Part shown: piece by piece, positions 50,132 to 62,100 of the stretch
How positions within the stretch are numbered: the stretch's first letter is position 1
Layout of the letters: every line of letters begins with the position of its first letter
NCBI GenBank assembly: GCA_003971905.1
Contig: RSEE01000038.1
Span: 62,001-126,000, forward strand
From: Moniliella sp. 'wahieum'
Lineage: Eukaryota
Direction: 5' to 3'
DNA: 64,000 bases
Program-made: the position numbers and the translations under genes
Notes under the pieces: generated by a model
Seen by the model: the letters and a program-made list of their open reading frames with translations, nothing else
Database searches by the model: none
Told to the model about the DNA's origin: nothing

Positions 50132-50696
50132 TCTTGTTCCCCTTCAGTGACTTGATACTGCTGTGCTGTATCATTTGTATTCCCGTTATTCCGGCGCACA
50201 TGTACTCGCGCCCCACGTCTCTTTACCAATGCCCTGATGAATCTCAGATCTCATACTAGACTGTTTGTGTTGCAAACCTTCCAAAGATGAAGCGTCTGAA
50301 AGTACTCTTCAGGAGGTGATCCCTACCATAATCATCTGAAGAACCCTCCTTCAGCTTAAGCCGGAAGTGTCACAGGTCTTGCGAGCAGTACTGGCGGTAG
50401 GCGATGGAAATGGTATTCCGATCCAAGGAGAGCTATAGACCTGTGTGGAGTCGTGAGAGGCTCGGAAGCCAGAACCATTGTTAGCACCGGAAGCCGGATC
50501 ATTTTCCCGCGATACGCCACCCGTGCTGGGCCTCGTGTCACATGTCACTGAAGGTCGATGGGCTTTGGACTTCTTAGATCTTAGGGTAGACAACAGGACG
50601 GTTATGCAGACAAGGAATCAAGAAGATGCAGTCATCACAATCTCGTCTGCTACAGAGATTAAGCTGCAGGGGTTCTATATTAAGGGGGCAAAAAAC

Positions 50697-50792
50697 TGGT
50701 CAATATGAGGCTTGAACTCATGACCTTGGCATCACCAACACTCCGAACAGGATGTATTAGTACCACGCTCTGACCAACTGAGCTAATCGACC
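50697..50792 (-). tRNA. tRNA-Ile(AAU) with 22-nt intron (50733-50754)
   Basis: Minus strand reads GGTCGAT TA GCTCAGTTGGTCAGAGC G TGGTA CT AAT A [intron] A TGCCA AGGTC ATGAG TTCAAGC CTCAT ATTGACC A, followed by a GTTTTTT Pol III terminator. All stems pair. Confidence 0.95.
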
Positions 50793-51457
50793 CTGATGAA
50801 CGCAAAAATGCAAGCTCAGATCAGTTGTACATATTCGGCTCAAACGTGTGACGCTTGCTTTGCTTGTGGTGGGATCAATGATGTCGCCAAAAGGTCAGCC
50901 CGGTCAGGCATCAGAGCCTCATAACTGGTAACCGGAACCCCTTACCTCAGGCCCCTCATGCCGGCCGAGGTCGGGCTCCAGTGCGAGTTAACATCCTGAC
51001 AGCCAAAATCGAAATATGCGCGCATACACTAACCCTCTGCTGGAGTTGCTCAGCGAGCGCCCACATGGCGCCCACGCGCCCACATTCCATACCGCGCTTA
51101 TTGCGCGCTTATCTAATGGCGATCGCACCATCGGTTCATCCCGGTCACCGGTCAGCGGCCAGCGGTCACCGGTCAGCGGCCAGCGACCGCTCATGCCATG
51201 AAGCCTGAGGAAGCCTCAGCCTGTGGCCTGTAACCGGTAACCTGTAATGCATGTTCGCCACCCCTGTGTGTGGTAGCCAGTCGCAGCGTGGCTGGCGCTG
51301 ACAATGACGTGACTGGTTAACCCCACCTGTCCCGCCTCTACCCCAGTTACCGTAAGCGCGCTATCCATGGCGGTGGCGGGGAGACCAATATCTCCCTCTC
51401 CTGTCTTGTCTCCCCTCCCACTACAGCCTCCTTGTCTCCCCATTGCCTCCTCTCACC

Positions 51458-51876
51458 ATGGCCAGCTCCTTTGGCGCGCGTAAGCTCCTTCTCCCGCTTA
51501 CTGGCGTTGGCGCGGCGGTGGCATGGTACCGTACCGACCCGACCCCTGCACACAATCTCGCCTCGGACCCTTCTGCTGGGATGCGCCTTGGCCCGCCCCT
51601 CTACGGGACACAACCCCCGCCACTCCTTCCCCACACGCACTGCTGCCAATGCGCAGGTGTGCTTGTGCCGGGCGTGAAACGACCCAAGAATCCACAGTCT
51701 CTCCTCGTGGTCACTTGATCGGCAATCTGGCCGCTCTCCACGGTACCCAAGTCCACCGGCTGGATGCTGATAAGGCATTGTCCCATTTCAAGAGAGCTTC
51801 CTTCGACTGCCCTGGCGAACTGTACATCTCGTGCTTTCACTCCCAAGGCGGGTCTCTTCAATTCGCACGACAATAA
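51458..51876 (+). CDS. Possible small hypothetical protein
   Basis: CACCATGG start and MASSFGARKLLLPLTGVGAAVAWY (targeting peptide/TM-like). Downstream frame is uncertain. Confidence 0.3.
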
Positions 51877-53151
51877 TGACTGTGGGCTCCGCATCCCCTC
51901 TATACCCCTTTCTCTGTGCTGCTTCTACCCGTGTGTCTCTGTTGCCTTCTTGTGCGACTCATTACTATTGTATGCATTTTAAGAGGGACAGTGTAGAGGC
52001 AGAGACGACAAAGCTATTGCTTTGCTCACACTATAGCTCCACACATATAGCTGTGTCATGCGTAAAAAGGGATTGCTTTCTCTCTCTCTCTCCCTTAAGA
52101 AGCTCGTATGGGAGATTCACCCAACAGCATATGAGATGCATTCCTAATATGATTTTCTTGTGCTACTCTCATCCTGGGGTGTGACCTGTGGCCGACGAGA
52201 TCAACAGCCAAGAGAATTTCATGTTGCCGCTTTCTAATAGGGGTTTATACTTAGGAGGGGTTGGAGTTGATGGTTTGGAAGAATCATTAGGAAGACGCAG
52301 CTCCTCTCCATGGTGATTTCCCTTGTATACTCGGGCGAAGCTATTCATTACCTTCTAGAGGGCTACGGATGCAAGGACGGAAGAATGGGTCCATCAGCGC
52401 CTGTTAAGTCCCATCCGTCGGGTGTTTTTTCTCAGAAGTGTAATACCCGAAAACTATACCCTACGTGGCCCGCCATGGCCGCAAGGGCTCATCAGTACGA
52501 TGCCTTGTGCCCATCGCGCCCAGTCTTTTTGGCAGAACCCTTTCTTTTTGCTTCTGCGCCCGAATACGCAGTGTCAGCACCTTTGAGAGTACGGGCTGTG
52601 CGTATAGTTTTTACCTCTCTGGAAAGTTCCTCACATTCTGTCTATACCCTTCATGAAGAACTTCAGGTCTGGTTCCTTCTGTATATATGTAGCCCTGCCT
52701 CAGGCTTGGTAGCTATGTGGTCCTTATCGAGCACCCTGACCCTGTTCCAACCATTATATTCCTCCCTTGCCCTTCCACCTTCTACCACCCTCAATACGAA
52801 TTAGCGACGCACGTCGGTTACATTGCAAGCCGCGACTACTCTCAGTAGCGCTGCGCTTGCTCTTCGTTAGGACTGCGTTTGATTCTGCTTATTATTACAG
52901 CGCATCGAGTGTGGTAACGCACCACAGGTAAACCACGTTGTCCCGGGGCCTGTTCCTAGACCTCTTCAACGGGTCTGACGACCTACGTATGCTGCTCCTA
53001 CCTCGGAGGGTCTCTGATCTGTGGTATTTGCAGGCAGCCACTCAAACTAGAAGGTCTCTGCCTTTGCCTCTACACCCATTCGGGTCGACCACAGGGTCTG
53101 AGGCTGAACATACCGTACGTGGCTCCGATTGGCCGCCCAAGATTTGTACCC

Positions 53152-53205
53152 TTAAACTACAGGTGTGGCTTAAACTACAGGGGTGGCTTAAACCACAGAG
53201 GTGGG
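53152..53205. repeat. 18-bp tandem repeat TTAAACTACAGG(T/G)GTGGC x3
   Basis: TTAAACTACAGGTGTGGC TTAAACTACAGGGGTGGC TTAAACCACAGAGGTGGG. Confidence 0.85.
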
Positions 53206-54479
53206 TCCCACCTCGCCCCCCCCCATAACACAGACTTTTACTCTATCCGACTCCATATCCTCTCTCTTGACTCTTCTCTCAGATCACTCTCTGGTTCCCT
53301 TTGCATTTACTCTAGGTGCCTCTCCTTGCTACACCACTCGGGCGTAGTCCGTCACGGCACCACTGTGTGCTCCTCAGGCCCACACGAATCAACCTTAAAC
53401 CCCCTTCTACGGTAGAGATCATGTTGCCTTTTCAGGGGGACGCCTTTATTATTATATAGCTTCTGTATATTGCAAAGAGAGTATTCATGAGAGAGGCGCC
53501 TCTCTGCTGGAATGTTCTCTTCCTTAAAAGGGTGGGTTGTCAGGGGAATGTCAACCATTTCGATCGCATCCAAAACATGTCGTGTCCCGCCAATAATGAA
53601 GAGGGAATACAATACGCCGCTAACAGAACAGGGAAAAGTGGTGATGCCATTCGAAAAAAACGAACAACATACTAACAAAAGAGCTCGTTGCTCTCCTCGT
53701 CGAACAAAAGAGTTGGTGTTTATCTTATGGCTCTTCACATATCCGCCATAATCATCCGTACCCTCTCTCTCTCGCTGCTGTCCGGTGTAGGGGCACCACT
53801 GAACAGAAAACCGATATAAAGTTTGGATGTTGTGCTGACAACCCATTGTTGGCGTCTAAATATTGGGGGAGTGAGCTAGTGAGGGCGGTGAGATGCATCC
53901 CAGCCGAACGTCGGTTTTGAGGGCGCGAGATGTAAGACCGGAGGAACCAAGGGTGGGTGATGAACCTCTGGAAATGTAGAGGAATGCAATCTCGGTGGTG
54001 GTGGTTGGGTCTAAGCCTTATGCCCAAGTAGAGGAGACAGGGGTTCAAACAAGCCTGAGTATACAGGTGGAGGAGGCTGGAGGTCAAATAAGGGGAAAAG
54101 GGTGATAAGGTGCCTTTTGGTCTATGTACGGGACCGCGGGTCCCCACGAGGCGTTGGACGAGGGCGAAGCGCTCTCCTGTCGCAGACATGATGTCATGCA
54201 GAACGAAAGATGTTTATTGATGACATGGATGTCAGTAGTTCGATGTCTGTACGTCCCCCCCCCCTACTACAGCGTCAACAGGCCAGCTTCTGGCCTCAGC
54301 CTAGGCTCTCAAAAAGGTACTGACGTCGAATACTTCGGCTGCCGCACACGATAGTTCCGGTATTAGGTTTCAGTACTATACCGTTACTTGCCCGTATGCC
54401 ATGCAGAGGCGCTCGGGCGCGCGCACGCACCCACGCACCCTCTGTTTGAACGCTGGGGCTGCACACTGACTCAGTGCAA

Positions 54480-55703
54480 TAAGATCTAAGATTTAAGATC
54501 TTTAGTGACTATTATGGTGAGAGCTACGACAGGTTATAGTAGTCAGTATAGTGATTCCAAACTAATAGATGACTTCAAGCTTGAAGCTTGAAGCTTCGTG
54601 CATCATGAACGGTGATCGGTGACCGGCTGAGGGGCTCCTCAGGTCCTCAGACCCTCCTCAGAAGTCCCAGGGCCTCGCTAGTCACTGTGGGGTTGGCGTT
54701 GCGTTGGCTGGGGAATTGGCGGAGCCGCTGAGACGCTACGCGGACCCTGAACGACCCTGAGTACTGAGTACTGAGTCTCAGGCTGCCTCAATGCCTCAGC
54801 CCTAAGCCATAGGCCTGTCCGAGGTCTCAAGATCTGAGAAGCGCCCCCAAAAGGGCCTGACAAAAATTGGGGTATAGCTTGGTCCCACAATCGTTCACCT
54901 GACCTATACGTTAAACGCTTTTGAAGACGGTTCTTCACCACGTTCACCGGTCACCTGAACGGCATCGTACTCACATGTCACATGTCACAGCCACAGCTCA
55001 CACGCCTATATACCCCACATGCTTACGCGCTCATTCGGACACGACTCACGGTACAAAAGAGATTTATTAGTTACCTCCGGTTACCGGTCACCGGTCACCT
55101 AGTATTAGCTACCTGTAACAACATCCATGACATGTGACATGCATGATCTGCCTGCCACTTGTCCACTGGAGGGAAAGAACTGTGGGACCAAAAAGGCCCA
55201 AAATATAAGCCGGCGCAGCTGCAAGTCACACGATCGTCGACCTGGGCCATGTTCCATGTTCAGAATGTAGTGTGGGGGACGATAGAGTGCCTACCCCTCG
55301 CTGAGCACGCCCCTTTGCCTCCTTTCAATCCCCGGCCGCTCCAGTGCCTCCTCAAGCCTCCTCCACACATGTTCTTTCTTCTGCAACCGCGCAACCCCTT
55401 GTCCCCAGCACCAGCCATCTCACCCTTTTCACGCGGCCTGCGTCGCCAGATGTCATTAATTTAATGGGTGATGGATGAGTTAGTCGGTGACTAATGACTA
55501 GGGAATCGATGATGCGGAGACTCAGTGATCGATGATATGTGATGTCGGCGACAGGGTTACATTAGCTAAACGGTAACATTGGACGTTACTAAGTACTAAG
55601 CGTGAGCGTGAGCGCCGACCGCTGAAGTGCTGAGGCGCTGAGGCTTGGAGCTAGCATATCGCAACCACCTCAAGCTCTTCAAGCTTCAAGCTTTAAGCTT
55701 CAA
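54480..55703. repeat. Large heptamer-rich intergenic island (CTTSAAG, ACTGAGT, TGTCACA, GGTYACC, CCTCAGG-type units)
   Basis: Examples at 54573-54593, 54756-54776, 54976-54989, 55079-55099 and 55677-55703. Confidence 0.9.
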
Positions 55704-56272
55704 ACCCTTCCGAAGGAGTGGGTGGACCCCATCCGACCACTACAAAGACCCTGCAGCAGGATAGGTCCGGATCGGGCCCGCGCCGCTGTTTCAACCGAAG
55801 ATGTCCAGAAAGTCGCAAAACTGCACAAATTGGCATTTCGCCTTTGACAGCCCACGAGCTTCCACACTTGCGGCGCAGCGGGGGTTCGGAAAAATGCAGG
55901 CCTGTTCGATATTGGCAGCTTAGTACCTCCTGTGTGTATAATGCGCTGTTACATGTTACCAACGTGCCGCAGTAGTGGTCACATGTCAAATGTCAAAAGC
56001 ATGTTGCGAAGTACGTCGAAAGTCATGCAAAAACTCTAGGCCACACCCCTCCTAGCCAAGCCCCCCACAAGCTTTTCATTCTTCCGACTCCTGTCGCCAC
56101 CACTCCGCCCGCAACCTTCCTCAAACCGTCCATCCACCACTCCGACACCACCGAAAACCCCGTTACACTACCGCCTACCACCGAAATAGCCCAGCTCCGC
56201 CACCACTGAAAACCCCGTTGCACTATACCATCGAAAAAGACCAGCTCCCGCCCACCGAAAAGACCAGCTCCA

Positions 56273-57138
56273 ATGGCTCGTGGACGCCGACCTCGAAGTG
56301 ATGTTGCCCCTACTCGCGCCTTGGAGGTGCGCGTGCGTTCCGGGAGCGCCGAGGAAGTACATTGCTGATCTCGAAAGTTAAGCATAATCCCCACACAGGT
56401 GCGCAGCGTTACGCTAACAGCCCCTCTCCCTCCAAGACACAGTGAGAGAACTGCGACAAGAGAACACCAATTTGCGGGCGACGCTGCAGGCCAGCCATCA
56501 GCGCCTTCAGCGCGCCACCGCAGCAGATTACAATGGATCGAGTGTACGAGCAGCGCCAAACCACTCTCGCGGACAATCCACTGGCACCATCTTCTGGGCC
56601 AACCCCAACAGTTGATCGGGGTCCCGATATCAATGACTGACGTTCGAACTGATGAGCTGAACGGTCGAATGGGACATCGGACCAAGAGGCAGAGCTTTGT
56701 TTTGAGCTTCATGCTCCGTTGCCAGGAGCCGGTCCCGGTGGCGAACAACGCATATTTCGCAACGGCATCGGAACGTTCCTCTTCAATGAACCAAGCACCA
56801 ACATCCCACCAGGATGGTACATCACTCAGCCCCCAGATATGCGCCCAACAGGGAGGATATTTCCATCCTCTTGTCTCTCTCTGCATTCGGGCTACGAGCC
56901 CACTGGGCATCAACGACTGATGATGGGCATGTGACGAATGGGCTATGTCACGAGTATAATACGGAGTTGTCTCGAGTATCTACGTCGTATATCAACACTA
57001 CTGGCTGCCTGGGTGTTTGTTCCAGAAGAAAATGCTGGATGCCAACTGCCGTTCGGATTACCTCAAGCGTCTGAGGAATCAGAGGCCAAATTATTTAACA
57101 CCGATCTTCCGTATCGCAACAGATCGGATCATCTTTGA
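56273..57138 (+). CDS. Possible spliced hypothetical gene or degenerate element ORF
   Basis: ATG 56273 (MARGRRPRSD). Intron-like GTGCGC..GCTAAC..CCAAG at ~56399-56436, then coiled-coil-like TVRELRQENTNLRATLQASHQRLQRA. Continuation is fragmented. Confidence 0.35.
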
Positions 57139-57838
57139 ACAATCGCTGGCCCCACAGCCATGACTCGCCCCCATTCACAACCGGCGCGCACTTGACCAGC
57201 TCACCCCCGGCCTCGTAACACAGAGACATCCTTCCTGCCTCAACCTTCACCTTTAACACCGGCACCGGCGTTCCCGGCAACTGCCAGGGCGGCGGACACA
57301 CCCTGGGCCTGATAGTCATCCAGTTTCGCAGCCTCCTCTATCTCCTCATCCTCATCAGTCGTTCGGCCTTCATTCCAACAGCAAATAATGTTGAATTGTG
57401 TCCCACTAACAACCAACCAAACAGCAACAATCAGCAACCGTGATGTGCTGTCTCGTACGTGGGCACAACTGTGTGTGCTTTTACAAATGATCCACTGCAT
57501 TTGTTGAGGCTAATACGAGATTTCGCGTCACTTTTTCCGAGCCCCCCATGTCACATATGCATGCCAACGTTGTCTGTTGTGACGTGCACTTCATTTTCAC
57601 CCTCCATAGTTGGACAGATGTCATGAGCGAGAGCCTAGCATTTGGCAGTGTGCCTCGTACGTCCTTTGCTCGTCACGTTTTTTTGGCAAAGGCTATATGA
57701 TGGCAGTAGTTGCTGCACACTACATCCAGTTTGGAAACGAATGAGGGGGGGGGCAGATGGGCCTAGTTGGCGGGTGGGCCGTGTTGACCTCCTGATTTTG
57801 GGATGGGACCTCGAGCTGGGAGCGTGCGCGCAGGTGGC

Positions 57839-58870
57839 GCTGAGCGCGCTGAGCGCTGAGCGAACCTCATAGACGCAGCGTTTTTTGTCTGTGTCCTGCC
57901 CCTGCGTTAAGTTTTTGTTCAAGCTTCAAGTCGGCAACACAGTTCTCCGAGGTGTATGGAACTGGAACTAGTAACTACAACTGGTAACTAGTAACTAGCA
58001 ACTACTAGTAACTAGTAACACAATCAGTAGCTATGAACTAGTACCTAGTTGTGCCACCTAAGGCCTAAGGCGATATATAACGCTCAAGGCTTAACATCAT
58101 GTTAATGCATGTAACATGCACGTAACATGTAACACACAGCGCACTTTGTATGTATGACGCACATGATGAAACCGTTCCAGTTACTGCACCACGGAACACG
58201 TATGGGGGAGATTGTGCTGTGAAGCCACGGAGCCCGCGGCACGCGTAGGGCCTAGATGGGTCTGTTCGAGTCTGACACATCGGATGTATGTCCACGGCCT
58301 GTGCGGCCTTGGCGCCAGAGCTTCCCGAGCGCATCTACAGCCTCAGGGCCTGTCGTGCTCACATCACATATCACATGTCACAATGTAACTCATGCATATC
58401 ACCTGTCGCTGACATGGCCCCTAAATTCTAAACCTGGGAACTGAGACTCTGTTCTGAGATGGAGAAATGAGAGATAGGCCGCAGAGGCCTGAGGAGCCTG
58501 ATGCCTGTCGCCCTGACCGTGACAGGAGAAACACTGATGTTTGTTATCGTAGCTTCAAATGCTTCACATGTCACAATGTCACAGGCTACCTGTCGTCACA
58601 GTCACGGTTCGTCACGAGGCCCTGTGGAGTACCGAGTACGTGGAGTAACAGGAGTAGTACGTTATGCGTAGTACGTAGTTTTCATGGCATGCTGAACGCG
58701 CGTTGACGTTGAACGTTAACGTACGTTGAACGTACGCTGATCGTTGACATTGACAGGTAGTACGTAAGGAACGCAGAACGCGTTAGTACTTTTACAGTTT
58801 CTCGCGTGTTGACATGTTGACATTGCCAGGGTTTCTGAACGCTCAAGTTGAGCACGTTGGACGTTGGGAC
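57839..58870. repeat. Large heptamer-rich intergenic island (GCTGAGC, AGTAACT, CCTAAGG, TGTCACA, GTTGAAC units)
   Basis: Examples at 57839-57861, 57968-58020, 58057-58070 and 58700-58735. Confidence 0.88.
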
Positions 58871-59170
58871 ATCGTTTTTGCGTAAGTAAAGGAGAAGGCC
58901 AGTGTCGGCAAAAGGCGGAACGGGGGGTACCTGGTACCGGATGAATTGCTCGCACACCTCAACTCTCTGAAGTTTGAACAGTGTCAATGCGGTAGCTGGT
59001 CTCAGATCTCATCAATCATCTGGTAGTGAAGCTGTGTCGTCCGAGTCCTCTCTCTTTAACGATAACACATTTTCTTTTCTACAGCTCGCCTTCACATATC
59101 TTTGAACCATTCGTATGCGGTGAAACGGTTCGTTGGAGAGGCATGCCATTACAGATGCGTGCCAACGTTA

Positions 59171-62100
59171 TCAAAGGGCTGGAGGATGGGGGGGAAGGGG
59201 CAGAGTGGCCCGTGCAACGCAGGCCAGGAGGCGATTGGGGGTTGGAATTCGAAAGGGGATGAGGTGGAGAGTAGAAAGTGCAGTGACGAGCAGAGAATGG
59301 CGATCCAGGATGCGCAACGAAACTTTGTGATATTGGTGAACAAAAGGTATACATAAGGAGAAATTAAGGATGCATGCGCTGCGGGCGGAAGCTTTCCTCG
59401 CCGGAAAGTTGTGGAGAGGGAGGGAGAAGGGTGTCATACAACGGACCTTCCTCCCGCACCGATCCCGCAGGGGGCAGGGAGAGGGGTGGGATCGCACTGG
59501 TTTGAGGTAGGCTGGAATGAGCTTGGTCCGGACCCGCCGTATGGGATGGATCTGCCGAATGATCCGGGGGGACCGAAAGGGGGCTGGTGGAGGTGGGCCG
59601 ATCAGGTAGGGGAGGGTACCGACATCATGCCCCTGCACCGACTCGGGTCGCATACTGTAATCATGGTGCCGCACCCCGCCTGGGTCCCCAGTGTCCTCAT
59701 CCGCGTTGGTCAAGTTTTCACGTTCGTCCTCCCACTCGTCCGACTCGGGCCCAAGCGAAGGCGTCAGCACCTCAGCATCGGCCGGCTCAAGATCGTCAGG
59801 AAGCATGATGGCACGGTCAATAGCCACGGGGAGACCACGGTGCTCCCCCACGCAGCATGACGGCAATCACGATCAATTTCCCCAAGACGTTGAACCGGCC
59901 CGAAGCGAGAAGTTGTCTATTGGTGTGCCCATTGAGAGCCCAACAGTGCCATAGGCTGAGGTGAGCTCAAATAAACAAGAAAAGACGGTGAACCACGACT
60001 GGTTGTCTTCCCGCTCCAGCTGATGCTTCTCCACGATGCACAGCAACCAAAGGGAGAAGGCAAGCCACCATAGGTCAAAAGATAACTGTTTCCGGGCATG
60101 GTGAAGAAGATACGACGACCATCCGCGCCTCTGGCCGTCAGCACGGCTCGACCACGGAAGCGGTGCGTCCCCAGGATCATCGTCGTCCGAATCCTCATGA
60201 AATACGCCCAACGACCGCTCCTCATACACATTCGTTGACCGCACCGACATGGCGATTGGAAACGCAGCAAGGTACATCATGACCGTATACAGCACCTGGA
60301 CCGCCGGCGCCAGGCGCAACACCGACACAACTTGGAAGCCTGCAGCACGGACGGCAATTGCCTGAAACAGCCCGTCAAATACACGCTGACCCTTGGAAAT
60401 GGTCATGATGACTGGGTTGCCCAAGTCAAGTACGAGGAAGCACACCCAATCCGTGAAGCTGGTGAGTCATCTTGGTCAGTAACATGATCAATAACACACG
60501 GGAGGGGGGAAGGACGTACTTGAGACTTAGAAGAGTCAAGATGAGGAACCAAGTTTGTGGTGCCGGAAACAGATATACAAAGCATCGGCGTGGGTGGTCG
60601 AGGAGAAACATCAGGGACTCATGGACCCTGCTGCGTCGGGGAACCAACCTAGAACACATCCATATAAAGATGCGCAAAAATATAGGGAACGCCGTGTTGC
60701 CTGCGAGGATAAGGAAGGCGACGCAGGCCATGGGCAGGTACGCATCTTGCATGTTTTGAAACGTGTCAACGAGCGACATGCCCGAGTTGGAGTAGGCAGA
60801 AATTGTGTTAAAAAACCCACCAAACCCGGTTGGGGGTATATGGGCTCTGACTCTCAAAGACCGGGATGTACTTGTGGAATGCACTCCGACTTGCCGCATA
60901 GGGTGCAACCAGGATAATGCACAGGAAATTGACACCGAGAATATACATCGGGACCAATTTGCTCAGTAAATCAAGGGCACGGTACTCCACGCCCCCGAGC
61001 TCTTCTCGTTGAGCTTCGGTGAGGTGGTGGAAGCGGCTGTTGCGCGATACAAGTACATCAAGGAAAAGTAGTCCCTAGCCGGTCCAGAGGGAGGAGCGCC
61101 GTCTCCTTCATCCGGTCCTTTGGAATACGTGGAGGTAATGGTGTTAAAGCGAGGCATGTTGTCCCGTAGAATGGAGGGCTTCAAGCGGCGGTAGAGGTAC
61201 ATGCCAAAATCGGTCAAGGTTGGCCAACCACCCGGCCAGTTTGCATCGTATCCAGCATGGTGTTGGTCCGGTCCATTCCATACCCGTCCCGATTCGTCCT
61301 AGCACGGCCTGTAAGTGTGCGTTCCCTCATTCCCGACCGATTCGTCTGCGTGCGGGAATAGCTGCCAGTTGCTGTCCGCCCTCTGAGTCCCACGGGGCGA
61401 GGAAGACTGGTGGTGTAGCCTTCGGGGATGAATTGTGTGTTGTCCGCAAAGCCGATTGTTTGGGTACGAGGAAAGTCTTCCCGCTGCGTCTGGGTCCTGG
61501 GAAAGTCATCACGCGTCCCGGTACGGGTACGGTACCAAGTGTGTCTCGGCTACGCTGGGTCTGCGTACGAGGCATATCAGGACCCAGAGTCCTTGTCCGC
61601 CGATCGGCCATAGTGGAACGAGTCATAGAGCGGGGGAAGCCGATGTACTGGGGCGAGGTAGAGACCGAACCCGTTCTACTATCAACGTCAGCTGAAGACA
61701 TTGCCCGCGCCCTAGGCCGTGGGGAGGTCCACTCCACCGCTCTGGGCAGAGGGAGATCCGCATCGTGCCATCTCGAAGAGGATCGGGACTGCGACGGATT
61801 CCAAAAGTAGCGACTCGACCCGCGTCTTCCCACCGCATGCATCCCGTATGCGCCAGGATCCCTCTCGTCATTTTCCTTAAGCCTATAGGGGCAGAAGCTG
61901 GGCTTGAACGAATTGACGTATGTTCTGGAAACAGACGAGGTGAGGAAGCAGGCCCTTGAGGCTGTCCATCGCTTCCCATGTTTGGGGGTGCAGCTAACAA
62001 ATCAGATGAAGCAGGTCCATGTTCTGTACCAGGGATGTAGGAGAAGGGGGGAAGGTTGTGCTCCTTCAGCAGCTGCGGGAGCCGATTTTTCCGAGGGATC

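Noticed and set aside
54756..54780. Heptamer arrays as AP-1/Gcn4 (TGASTCA) bZIP sites
   Set aside because: The AP-1 heptamer has an A-N-T centre and a fixed sequence. These units have a T-N-A centre and at least 12 different flanks, which one TF cannot explain.
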